From Candidatus Poribacteria bacterium (GTDB lineage Bacteria > Poribacteria > WGA-4E > WGA-3G), in NCBI GenBank assembly GCA_965198235.1, contig OZ240248.1, positions 1,952,001 through 2,016,000 on the forward strand: 64,000 nucleotides of DNA. Direction: 5' to 3'. Below the pieces are notes generated by a model. The model worked only from the letters and a program-made list of their open reading frames with translations. It did not search any database and was not told where the DNA came from. Of this stretch, positions 27,092 through 36,443 are shown one piece after another. The first letter of the stretch is position 1; every line of letters starts with the position of its first letter. A program made the translations under genes and the position numbers.

Positions 27092-29146
27092 TCAATTGAA
27101 CCGAGCGAAATCTGGAAGATTGGGTTCAAAAAGGTAAGCCAACTTCGCAAACACAGCGCGATCCCCGGGGACGCTATCGGCAACCACAAAGAAAAAGTGG
27201 CTTTCCGGGGTAAACTCATAGTCGAAGATCGAATTGAAGCTGTAGGTAATCTCATCTTGCATCCGTTCATCTACACGTTCCACGAAAATTCGCCAACCAA
27301 TTTTTTGGGTAAATTGGTAATTGCTGCGAAGCCGTAAAATAAGGGTATTTCGGTGTGCGCGCCAAAAGAAATTATCGAGATCCAGATCGATAGTGAGTTT
27401 GCCGGAGAGGTTGACCCCGCCGGAGAAACTGGTGAATCGATTGAATTCATCTCGACGGGTGCCGAAACGATTTATCACCGACAATTGTCCCCACGGTGCC
27501 TGATAATCAATTTCTGATCTGATAAACTGGGTATCAAAAAGTTGACCGACTTCGCGAAGCCGCCCGAACCCGCCCGAAGTGAAAAAGTTAAACCGCCCGA
27601 TGTCAATGTAGAAACGGGACTCGCTCAGCCGTTCCCGTAGCAACCTTTGGGCATTGGTTTGGTAAAAATGACGTGTGTCAATCCAGAAAGATTCCACGAA
27701 ATGCGCCTCTGGAAACTCATACCTGTACCTGAGACGGGCGCGCGCACGGCGAAACGCCTCATCTTCGAGCCCCATCTCATTTGGACGAAAGCCGTCCTGG
27801 ATCTCCTCAAGTTGAACCTCGCCAAGCCAACCTTCGTGAATCCATTCCGTGGCAGTGTGGTACGCCCAGTGCATTTCGCCATCAACCCAATCAACTGCAT
27901 ACTGCGACGCGGCAGTCCAGTCTCGATGCAATCCAAATCGTCCATTGAGCGATAGGAGTGCGACATCTCGATCGGCTTGGTGTTTGTGGATTCCCATCGC
28001 GCCGATGACAGTCCGCTCACCGATATCGTGATTAATCCGACCGGCTAAGAGATTCACCTGTTTTTTCTGATCCGCATCGTACCGATCAATCATTTTGCCG
28101 TAAGTATTGATGACCGCGAAATTAGAACCGCCGATTCTGCCTGTCGTTTTCGCACCCAAATCAATTTCTTGGACGCGCCGGGTATAGAATAGATTAAGCG
28201 GCAACTCAAATAACTCAGCACCCTCCCTGAAAAACGGACGGCGTTCTGGAAGGAACAACTCCCGGTCGCTTAATATGTTAATTTGCGTTGGATCGCTCTC
28301 CAACTGTGAAAAATCAGGATTCAGCGTCACATTTGAGGTGAGGTGCGTTGAAATCGGAAGAATCAAGTCTATCCCGCCATCAAGGTCGTTGGGACGATCC
28401 ACGAGCGCACGATAGCTGCCATAGGGAAGAATCCCGAGTTTCTGCTCTGTTTTCACCTTTTCTAAATTCAGTCCAGTCAAATCGCCATACTCTGACACGC
28501 GTGAGAAAAAAGCCGTCTGTGCCCATGAATGGGATTGACCATTTATCGGACGCACCCGCCAAAAGTTGATGCCCCAGGTGGTATTACGCCGATTAAAACG
28601 AACCTCACGGAACGGAATCGCAAATTCTGCTGTCCAATTATCCGAGTGTTTTTTTACTTTCGCTTCCCATTTCGCATCCCAACTCATGTCAAAAACACTT
28701 TCATTGCCGACTCTCTCATCCGCCTGTGTGCCGAGTGTATTGACTGCAAAAATGTAGCAGTTGCGCCGGTCGTGATAGGTATCGAGCATCACTTCAATAC
28801 AGTCGTTCTGCCAGACGAAGGAATCCCGACGCGTTTTGGTTTCCCGGAGGCTTTTCATATCTGGCTCCTCACAGCGCACGCCGATATAGAGTATGTTTTC
28901 ATCATACAGCACCCGAACTTCGGTGTCTAATTCAGCGGGATGTGTGATTCCCTCCTTTGCTCGGAAGAAATTAGTCGCAATGTCGGCGTATTGCCAGATT
29001 GGGTCTGTTAGATCTCCATCAATAACGGGCGGGTTCTCCACCCATACCGCGCGAAGGGTGCGTCTTGTACTTTGTGTATTTGCGAAAAGCGGTGTAGTCA
29101 CCAAGAGCAAAATCGGCACCCAAATGAGTGCGCGTGACCATTTCAT
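27092..29146 (-). CDS. CBM9 + DUF5916 protein (putative outer-membrane beta-barrel)
   Basis: Signal peptide; PVIDGDL...W, LDTYHDRR, WTAEFAIPF, NPDFSQLESD, PERRPFF.EG. Confidence 0.85.
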   Translation of the reverse strand: MKWSRALIWVPILLLVTTPLFANTQSTRRTLRAVWVENPPVIDGDLTDPIWQYADIATNFFRAKEGITHPAELDTEVRVLYDENILYIGVRCEEPDMKSLRETKTRRDSFVWQNDCIEVMLDTYHDRRNCYIFAVNTLGTQADERVGNESVFDMSWDAKWEAKVKKHSDNWTAEFAIPFREVRFNRRNTTWGINFWRVRPINGQSHSWAQTAFFSRVSEYGDLTGLNLEKVKTEQKLGILPYGSYRALVDRPNDLDGGIDLILPISTHLTSNVTLNPDFSQLESDPTQINILSDRELFLPERRPFFREGAELFELPLNLFYTRRVQEIDLGAKTTGRIGGSNFAVINTYGKMIDRYDADQKKQVNLLAGRINHDIGERTVIGAMGIHKHQADRDVALLSLNGRFGLHRDWTAASQYAVDWVDGEMHWAYHTATEWIHEGWLGEVQLEEIQDGFRPNEMGLEDEAFRRARARLRYRYEFPEAHFVESFWIDTRHFYQTNAQRLLRERLSESRFYIDIGRFNFFTSGGFGRLREVGQLFDTQFIRSEIDYQAPWGQLSVINRFGTRRDEFNRFTSFSGGVNLSGKLTIDLDLDNFFWRAHRNTLILRLRSNYQFTQKIGWRIFVERVDERMQDEITYSFNSIFDYEFTPESHFFFVVADSVPGDRAVFAKLAYLFEPNLPDFARFN

Positions 29147-29179
29147 TGTTTATCTTTCTCCATCGCTATGTCCTGCAAC

Positions 29180-29653
29180 CTAATCTTTTGTTGCTGATAG
29201 TTTACGCATTGCAGCGAGATACAACGCTTTGCTTTGATTCCCGAACGGTCCTGGATTGGTCGGGTTTTCTGGAAAGTGTGAGAACAGACTCGCTTCACTG
29301 ACTTCCTCAAGGTCGAGTGGGCTACCTAACGCCTCTATTTCTCCCAAATAAGCAATTCCCCAGTATTCGAGATTGAACATAAAACAGTGAATGTAACATA
29401 GCACTTCAAGATTTTTCAGCGTTGCACCCGTCTCTTCCAGAAGTTCTCGGTGTGCAGTTTCTTCAGCCGTTTCCCCGGGTTCGGCGCGCCCACCCGGCAG
29501 CGTCCAAATGTCGTTATCACGCCATTTGCAGAATAGTATCTGGTTATGTTGATGTGTGAGACAATTAACAAACTCAATTTTCCCTACGTCTGCCGGCGGT
29601 TTTCCGAAATAGAGTAACATGTAGCCATCTTGTTCCTCAATCTTTTGAACCAT
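29180..29653 (-). CDS. NUDIX hydrolase
   Basis: Nudix box GGRAEPGETAEETAHRELLEETG. Confidence 0.93.
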   Translation of the reverse strand: MVQKIEEQDGYMLLYFGKPPADVGKIEFVNCLTHQHNQILFCKWRDNDIWTLPGGRAEPGETAEETAHRELLEETGATLKNLEVLCYIHCFMFNLEYWGIAYLGEIEALGSPLDLEEVSEASLFSHFPENPTNPGPFGNQSKALYLAAMRKLSATKD

Positions 29654-29899
29654 CTTTTTCCTCTCTAAACACGAAAATCTACTATAGGTAACCTAAGTTG
29701 CACCTTTAGAAAAAAATTGCGTTTTTTGTAAATAATACTTATTTTTTCAGTTTCCTGCGTGAAGCATTACGGCATAGAAAGTATAACCCACACGCGGGAA
29801 AATTCATCAGAAAATTCGGCTATCAACTCCGGGAATTCGTGACAAAAAGCGCACAGAACGGCTCGAATCTCGCATTTGACAGAGCAAGACCGCTTTAGT

Positions 29900-30075
29900 T
29901 GCGTGCGCTAGTGTATAGTTTGCCACCTCAAAATCGTGGACACGATAAACCTCAAAGCCTGAGATAATCATAGCGGATGTCTCTGGAAGGTGTCTGAGGG
30001 CATTCTCGTAAGTCTTTTTTCGAGCGGCAGACAAAAACAAAGGTTATCCGAAAACATGTAATGCCTAATTCCAGA
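29900..30075 (-). pseudogene. Possible decayed DUF559/Vsr-like endonuclease remnant
   Basis: Across two frames: FVC.SKK...RDIRYDYL and SGFEVYRVHDFEV, resembling RD..L...GF.V.RF.N.EV. Confidence 0.25.
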
Positions 30076-30120
30076 GTCGGACAGTCGGGCAGATTCGGGT
30101 GTCTCTGATTTAGAAGTTCG

Positions 30121-30951
30121 CTAAACTTTAAAGGCGAGGTGGACATCTTGATGGACACAGATAGCGTTCTCGGTTACCTCACCGCTCTGCTCAAGAACCG
30201 TGAACCCATGACGCTCGAGTTCTAAACGCAGGTTCTCAGGGGTTGGGTAACGGCGTTGATGGATGTACCAAGCGTCGTTGACACAAATCGTCCCTTCATA
30301 GTCTTCGGGTCCGACACTGGGTCTGAAAGGATCTGGCTGAAATCGACTATAGCATATTTCCGCATCACTATCCCACAGCGCGTCTTGGTCAAAGCGGGTG
30401 TAAACTTTCCCTGTTGCGTTACCGACGATTTGTGTTTCGGAGTCCTCTCGATCCGGTTCAAAAACACAGCAGCTCATCAAAAAGTAGCCATTCTTAGCGA
30501 GTCGAGACTTGATTCCTGAAAACATGGCAACCCGATCTGGATCGGTAACCATGCTTTGTGAGCAAAAACTGTCAACAATGAGTTGGTATGACTTGCCTTC
30601 ACATGGAAGTTGACAAACATCTAACACCTCATATTGGATGTCTAAACAACACTCGGCGGCGATCGCTTTAGCTTTGTCAATGGCATCCGGAATAACATCA
30701 ATGCCATGGACGCGGTAGCCTAATTGCGCTAAAAAACATGCCACTGGACCTGTCCCGCATCCGAGTTCAAGAACGTGGACATCTGGTTTGATATTTAAGC
30801 GTGGTAAGGTCTCTACTAAGAAAGATTTGGAAGAGAACTCACTGAAGTCATTGGAGTTCTCGTAAAGTTCACCTCTTGACATGAGTCCCTTTGCCTTCAG
30901 CTCGGCGTAATCCGCCAGATGTTCGTGGTAAAAGTATTTTTGTTTCATCAT
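30121..30951 (-). CDS. Class I SAM-dependent methyltransferase
   Basis: VLELGCGTG, GIDV. Confidence 0.88.
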   Translation of the reverse strand: MMKQKYFYHEHLADYAELKAKGLMSRGELYENSNDFSEFSSKSFLVETLPRLNIKPDVHVLELGCGTGPVACFLAQLGYRVHGIDVIPDAIDKAKAIAAECCLDIQYEVLDVCQLPCEGKSYQLIVDSFCSQSMVTDPDRVAMFSGIKSRLAKNGYFLMSCCVFEPDREDSETQIVGNATGKVYTRFDQDALWDSDAEICYSRFQPDPFRPSVGPEDYEGTICVNDAWYIHQRRYPTPENLRLELERHGFTVLEQSGEVTENAICVHQDVHLAFKV

Positions 30952-31114
30952 CTGTCCAAGTTTGTAAGTTTGGGATTAATGTAAACAATAGTGTAATGAG
31001 AAACACTATTGAATAAATTTTCTGTTTTGTCTGTCTATTTGTGGTGCGTTCGTGCGCAACATAATTTTCGTCGATTTTATTATAGTAAAGCCCACAATTA
31101 CTTGAACATTGACA

Positions 31115-31141
31115 GTAGGCGAGGATACAATCCTCGCCAGC
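31115..31141 (+). repeat. GTAG REP palindrome
   Basis: GTAGGCGAGGA-TACAA-TCCTCGCCAGC perfect 8-bp stem; related copy inverted at 48278-48303. Confidence 0.65.
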
Positions 31142-31171
31142 GGCGGTGGGGGTGGTTCGCTGAACAACTGT

Positions 31172-31488
31172 CTACATATTTTCGGGCTTTAGTATAATTA
31201 GTTTCCTCTGAATGTGCGAGAGAGCAGAATCGAGGCAAAGGGAATGATCGGAGATGAACCTTTCCACGTTCTCCAGATTTTGAACATCTGATGATGGACT
31301 GTCGATAATCAGATGTGAGCCGGGCAAGATTTTTGTGGCTCCATTTTCCTCTAAAAAATCAACCAACGGAACGTCAACATAAATACCCGAAACTGGAAGC
31401 ACACAAGACAGTTCAGGAAATAGATGGTTGCCGTCGCGGTGAGGAAACTTTTCTACTTGGCTTCCGTAAGGAGCTGTAGCGACCTGCT
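31172..31488 (-). pseudogene. Internal fragment of a phytanoyl-CoA dioxygenase (PhyH) gene
   Basis: Startless frame ...PHRDGNHLFPE...VPLVDFLEENGATKILPGSH...; abuts the stop codon of the intact PhyH. Confidence 0.7.
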
Positions 31489-32256
31489 CTACGCCAACTT
31501 ACCACGTAGGAGTGGCTTGTCTTTCATCACCTCGCCATCGCGATTCCGCGTGCCCGATGACATGTAATGGAGGACCATCGCCCGACGGTCTCGGGATGAG
31601 CGGTTCGGGTCAGTTTGGTGGAGGGTCATGCAGTGGTGAACCATCCCGCATCCGGCTTTAACTGGCACTGGCACAGCACGATCTTCATCAGCATCCACCT
31701 CCAACAACGCCGGCAATTTACCTTTCTCTGACTCAGCACGTCCGTGCGATGCCAATCCTTCTAAATAACTGCCGGGGATAACGTTCATACAACCGTTCTC
31801 CTCGTCGGCGTCATCGAGTGCTATCCAGATGCTCACAAGATTGGGCGGGTCGCATTGCCAATAGGCGTTGTCCTGATGCCAATACACTTCACCGCCGTGA
31901 TAAGCGGGTTTGTAGAGAGCCTGATCATGGAATAACTGGATATCGGTTCCGATTAAACTCTCGGCGATGTCTAACAGGGGGTCGTGGTAGAGTAACTTCC
32001 GAAATTCCTTATCCAAACGCCACATCTCCATAATCTGTAACATTTCTTCAGCACGATCAGCGTCTTCATCGCTTTCCGAGTCACCGACGACTGCCAGGTT
32101 ACGCAATCCCTCACCGATTGTGTCGCGTTTCTCCGCAAACAGTGCGTCGTAATGTTCGCGTAACACGGTCAGGTGTTCGTCGTCAATGAGCCGTTCTTCT
32201 ATGTTGAGATAGCCTTCGCGTCTGAATTGTTCGACCTCTTGAGGTGTAAGTTTCAT
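31489..32256 (-). CDS. Phytanoyl-CoA dioxygenase family Fe(II)/2-oxoglutarate dioxygenase
   Basis: WHQD, WIALDDA.EENGCM.VIPGS, LH, RR. Confidence 0.93.
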   Translation of the reverse strand: MKLTPQEVEQFRREGYLNIEERLIDDEHLTVLREHYDALFAEKRDTIGEGLRNLAVVGDSESDEDADRAEEMLQIMEMWRLDKEFRKLLYHDPLLDIAESLIGTDIQLFHDQALYKPAYHGGEVYWHQDNAYWQCDPPNLVSIWIALDDADEENGCMNVIPGSYLEGLASHGRAESEKGKLPALLEVDADEDRAVPVPVKAGCGMVHHCMTLHQTDPNRSSRDRRAMVLHYMSSGTRNRDGEVMKDKPLLRGKLA

Positions 32257-32440
32257 AGTTTAATTGTTCCTTGCGGGTAGGTATCGGTATTTGTGCTTTG
32301 ACAATTTCCGTGTTTGAGTCGTCTGCGCCGTTGTTGCAGGCTTGTTTTCTGGTACAAGTTGCTAAACCCAGTTCAGACTTAACCAGATACCCGCAAGGAC
32401 AACGGACGCAGCGGTCCAAAAGCAATAAATTAAAAATCGG
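32257..32440. repeat. Composite repeat element with inverted CCGCAAGG ends
   Basis: TTGTTCCTTGCGGGTA (32264) is nearly complementary to TACCCGCAAGGACAA (32388); GCAAGGACAACGGACGCAGC (32393) recurs at 49390. Confidence 0.65.
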
Positions 32441-34763
32441 ATTCTTCAAGAATCTTTTGATATGTCTGCGATGCCACGTTATACGCCTCGCGGGCGGCAT
32501 CTCGCTCCTCTTCTCGGATGCGATCAACCTTTTCGTTCCAGCAGACTTCGACAGCCTCCAAACACCATTGCGCGCTTCTGCGACTTGCTCGGATCGGCTT
32601 TCCATCTACAATAACGAAGACCGGATTCGTATGAGACGACGGGAAAATCCGTAACGCAACCCAACTCGATCTCTCAATAGATGCCTCAAATTGAACAGGG
32701 ACGACGTCACCGTTAGCCACAATTTCTTGCCGCGCAACTGCCTGACCATTGACGATGAGTTCAAGAGGCACTTTCCGTTCTTCTGCAATACGAGCACGTT
32801 CAATATCCCAATACGGTTGCTGATCCAAAGGACGATTCTGTATCGCAGGGTTAGGTTCTTCATCAAGCCGTGCAGCGACGCGAGCGGTAAGGGTTACCGT
32901 GCTGGGTGCTTCCAGATCCAACTGGCTAATTTGTCCGGTCGGTGACTTTTCTCCAACCGGCACGCCACCGACGGTGAAGTCCAGCAAGTGACTTTTACCG
33001 TCTCCGACATAGGAACGCCCGTCTCGCAATCCTGCGACCCATGCATCGAAGTCGAGGGAACCGGCAGGCATTTTTACATATATTCGACCTAATCCCACCC
33101 GTTCGCCGTAAATGCAAGGGAAATCCGTCTCGCCACTGATTCGGGTGCGGAAACCACAGTTCAAGGTATGATACCAGATACTCAGTTCCCAAATGGCAGG
33201 TGTATCTACCGTGGATATGAAATCAACAGCGTCGTGAACGACATCCACGATATACTCATTAGCACCGATGCCATCAAAAGGGGGCATGTTGTAATTGGGG
33301 AGTTCGTCTCCATCCACTTTCAAACCCCAGCCGCTGTGACTGAAGCCTGTCACGGCTCCCTGTTCTTTCGCCCACTGAAGGACAGGGAGGTCCCAACTCG
33401 GCCATTCCTCAATGCGTTCAACACCTTTATAGTCGTCTTCAGTCAAAGCAAGCAACGAGAGATGTCCTGCGTGTGAGGAAGGAAAGCCCGATACCTCTAC
33501 GTCATAACGCATCACGTAGTCATCGGTCGAGAGTTCGTGGATTTTGCCCTCGAAAAACTCCTTCTGATAATACCAGCAGGGTCCCCACGAGAGTACACAA
33601 CCGACGTTGAGGTCCTCCCCGAGAATGTGTCGCATCATATCTTCCGGCGTGACACCCTCGGTGGGGCTTTCGTAGTGCGCACAACCCGCCGCGTGGACGT
33701 GATGATCCCCGGAACGCCAGCCTTCTGCTGCGATATGGATCCATCTTTCCAGACGGAATGTCTCTTGATGCGTTTCGATATTCGGGACGGTAATGGTTTG
33801 GGTCTTTACTCGGTATTCCGGTCCCCGTGTGTGCTCGACAGTATATTTGCCGGGTGGTAGAAGAACCGATTCGCCGTTGTGTCGATAGATTTGGTTATGA
33901 AAGAAAAAATCGGGTGCCAATCGTCGCCCGCGTGATGGATACACACGGTTCAATTCGTCACGAATGATAAAAGCGGCGGTTGTCGGCTTTCCGTCGAAAT
34001 CTAATACTTCTAAAGTTACCTTTACCGCTGGCACACAGTGGAATAGGATAGGGACTTCACTGCGGAAGCCGATATCCTGTGTTCCCTGACCGACATTGAA
34101 ACCAAGCATCGCTTCCCGTTTCCCCGCATCGCGGCTATAGAGTTGGACAATACGATACTCCAATTCCAATCCCGAAAGGCTCGCCTTCAAGGGTGGGTTG
34201 GAATAGACCTCAATATCGAGAAACCGGTGCGGAATATCGCTTTTGGGCACCGTCATCTGCGGGTCAGGGCTTCCACTGGAACGTTTATAAAGCGGGGCAG
34301 CATTCTCACTCTCAGCAACTAAAGGTGCTGTCACGCCAGCCTCGTTGTGTACCTTTACTAAAAAGGTACGCCAACCCTGCTGCATCAGTTCCTTGTCTAC
34401 TGGACCTTCCTTAACCTTCACACGGCTCTCAGGGTTGATATTGACACCGGTCAAACAGTATGCGTCAAGAGTTTTTTGAATGTCAACAATCGCCTGTTTA
34501 TGGTCATCGGCAACCAAGGCTTCCTTGATTGCGGAAAGATCGTCTTCAGATAGGGGTGAACCGAGATAGTCCAACGCCTCAATGAGTCGTTGGGTCGCTG
34601 AGGCGAACGGTTGAAACTCCACTTCAGTGACGAGGCTCAATTCATCGGTGAACCCCACCGAAGTGAAAGTGAGAAGCAATATCCAACTGATAAGTGTCAA
34701 GTAGAACAGTCTACAGGTTCCTTTTTTTCCAAGAGTGTTGTATCCATTTGTCGTCCATCGCAT
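32430..34763 (-). CDS. CehA/McbA-family metallohydrolase (PHP-like), secreted
   Basis: Hydrophobic N-terminus; G.Y.V..TRGPEY, GWRSGDHHVH, SHSGWG, GETDFPC, HTNP. Confidence 0.85.
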   Translation of the reverse strand: MRWTTNGYNTLGKKGTCRLFYLTLISWILLLTFTSVGFTDELSLVTEVEFQPFASATQRLIEALDYLGSPLSEDDLSAIKEALVADDHKQAIVDIQKTLDAYCLTGVNINPESRVKVKEGPVDKELMQQGWRTFLVKVHNEAGVTAPLVAESENAAPLYKRSSGSPDPQMTVPKSDIPHRFLDIEVYSNPPLKASLSGLELEYRIVQLYSRDAGKREAMLGFNVGQGTQDIGFRSEVPILFHCVPAVKVTLEVLDFDGKPTTAAFIIRDELNRVYPSRGRRLAPDFFFHNQIYRHNGESVLLPPGKYTVEHTRGPEYRVKTQTITVPNIETHQETFRLERWIHIAAEGWRSGDHHVHAAGCAHYESPTEGVTPEDMMRHILGEDLNVGCVLSWGPCWYYQKEFFEGKIHELSTDDYVMRYDVEVSGFPSSHAGHLSLLALTEDDYKGVERIEEWPSWDLPVLQWAKEQGAVTGFSHSGWGLKVDGDELPNYNMPPFDGIGANEYIVDVVHDAVDFISTVDTPAIWELSIWYHTLNCGFRTRISGETDFPCIYGERVGLGRIYVKMPAGSLDFDAWVAGLRDGRSYVGDGKSHLLDFTVGGVPVGEKSPTGQISQLDLEAPSTVTLTARVAARLDEEPNPAIQNRPLDQQPYWDIERARIAEERKVPLELIVNGQAVARQEIVANGDVVPVQFEASIERSSWVALRIFPSSHTNPVFVIVDGKPIRASRRSAQWCLEAVEVCWNEKVDRIREEERDAAREAYNVASQTYQKILEESDF

Positions 34764-34809
34764 GTGGCATTCCTCCTAATCATTGATTGGTTTTTATCAC
34801 TAATGCCGT

Positions 34810-34838
34810 AGTCTATCATAATGTAGAGTGAATGTCAA
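34810..34838 (-). promoter_or_regulatory. Sigma70-type promoter of the CehA/McbA gene
   Basis: TTGACA-17 bp-TAGACT with extended -10 TG. Confidence 0.55.
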
Positions 34839-34855
34839 GTTCACAGTTGTCTGAA

Positions 34856-35572
34856 TCAAGTCACATGATAGTCCACACCATATTGCACCAAACCTAATCG
34901 TTGGGCTACACGTTGAGAAGCCACATTGTCCCACGAAGTACTATAGAGAGGAATGCAGTTCAAGGCACGGACAGCAAGTGCCCAAGCAGCGACAACCGAC
35001 GTTGCATGCCCACGCCGACGATAACCCGTTAGCGTATCAACGCCTGCTTCATGGGCTCGTGATGAGAGGCGGACACTTCGGCAAATTGACACCGCCTGTG
35101 AATCTTCTATAATTGCTAAATAGGGCTGCGAACTATTTAGTTCTGACACCATTTCGGCGAAGTCTCCCTTTAAGAGTCCTGCATTCTCACATGATAGTCG
35201 GACAACATTTATTGGTGGTGTAATATGTTCAGGAAAGCGATAAGCGGGTCCGATCCAGACTCGTTCAATGGGTGCATAACTTTGAAGAATATCCTTGAAT
35301 TGCCTATGGCTCTTTGGAATTTTCTCGGAGTTCACAAGCGTCGGTTCAGCATCAGCGACTTCCTTCAGTTGCGCAATCACGTTGTCCGGAAGGTCATGCC
35401 GGAACCTACATATTGAACCTTTAGTGGTGTATCCAAAGAAAAAACGAGGTGCTGATTCTGCAGCACCGGTAGGTTCGTTGATACGTTGAAGGCATCCGTT
35501 TTCATCCAGCGTGAATAGCACTTCAACTTGTATTTTCATCAGCTCTTTGTTAGATGCATCATGTTCCCTCAT
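34856..35572 (-). CDS. GNAT acetyltransferase (GNAT_acetyltran type)
   Basis: EAGVDTL..YRRRGHA, YSTSWDNVASQRVAQRLG. Confidence 0.88.
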   Translation of the reverse strand: MREHDASNKELMKIQVEVLFTLDENGCLQRINEPTGAAESAPRFFFGYTTKGSICRFRHDLPDNVIAQLKEVADAEPTLVNSEKIPKSHRQFKDILQSYAPIERVWIGPAYRFPEHITPPINVVRLSCENAGLLKGDFAEMVSELNSSQPYLAIIEDSQAVSICRSVRLSSRAHEAGVDTLTGYRRRGHATSVVAAWALAVRALNCIPLYSTSWDNVASQRVAQRLGLVQYGVDYHVT

Positions 35573-35604
35573 TGATCTGCTTACTCTCCAGTATAATGCT
35601 TCTC

Positions 35605-36333
35605 TTAAACCGTTTTTCTATGCCCGCTAACATTGTTGAAGTTTACTAAGGCTTTTACGTACGCGGTTGTGGATTTGCGTAAGCGTTCAATCCGTTCCTT
35701 GGGAATAGGTCCGCTATCCTCCTCAATACACAGATCGGATATGACGCGGATGCCGACGTATTTGATGTTATTAATCGCACAGACATCCACAATCGCCGAT
35801 GATTCCCAATTCACTGCGACGGCTCCACTCTCTACAGCAATTTTGTCCCTAACTTCACGATTGTATATGTCCATATCTCCGCAAATTACGGCGGCTTTTG
35901 TAAGCGTAACATTGGGATCCGTTGATAGCGTGTCTGCGAATTTGCTTATTGAAGATGAAGAAACCTGAAACAAGCGTTCCCGCCATGTCTCTTGCTCACG
36001 CTGAATCTCTGATCGATTTGGCACGTCGTGTTCAGAGACACCAGTAATCACAACAATGTCTCCGATATTCAAGATATCGACCAATCCACCGGCAAATCCG
36101 AACTCAAAAAAGGTGTCTACCTGATACTTTTCTATTATCAGTTGACACATTGATGCCGCACGCACTTTGCCCATACCCGACTGCATGATAACCCATTTTC
36201 CGTCTCCATCAAGCCATTCAAATTGCAACCTGCTATTCCAGTCAACCGAATCACCTACCTCCTGACCCAGGACGTTCAGAAGCATACGAGTTTCGTCGGC
36301 GTAAGCCGTCATGATACATAGTTTTGCACTCAC
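35605..36333 (-). CDS. MTA/SAH nucleosidase-like protein (PNP_UDP_1 family), divergent
   Basis: SGMGKV.AA, GFAGG, IGDIV, CGD, AVNWES, RVISD. Confidence 0.8.
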   Translation of the reverse strand: MSAKLCIMTAYADETRMLLNVLGQEVGDSVDWNSRLQFEWLDGDGKWVIMQSGMGKVRAASMCQLIIEKYQVDTFFEFGFAGGLVDILNIGDIVVITGVSEHDVPNRSEIQREQETWRERLFQVSSSSISKFADTLSTDPNVTLTKAAVICGDMDIYNREVRDKIAVESGAVAVNWESSAIVDVCAINNIKYVGIRVISDLCIEEDSGPIPKERIERLRKSTTAYVKALVNFNNVSGHRKTV

Positions 36334-36443
36334 AGATTTTGCTCCATAATTAAATGAGGGATGCTTGTAATTGAAACTGCGTCAGGATATTGGAGGATCA
36401 TCTCGATTCCAGAGTTTACCAACAAGATCGCGATTTTAACTGA

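Noticed and set aside
31102-31131. Apparent orphan promoter (TTGAAC...TACAAT)
   Set aside because: The -10-like hexamer is the loop of a REP palindrome and no gene follows on that strand
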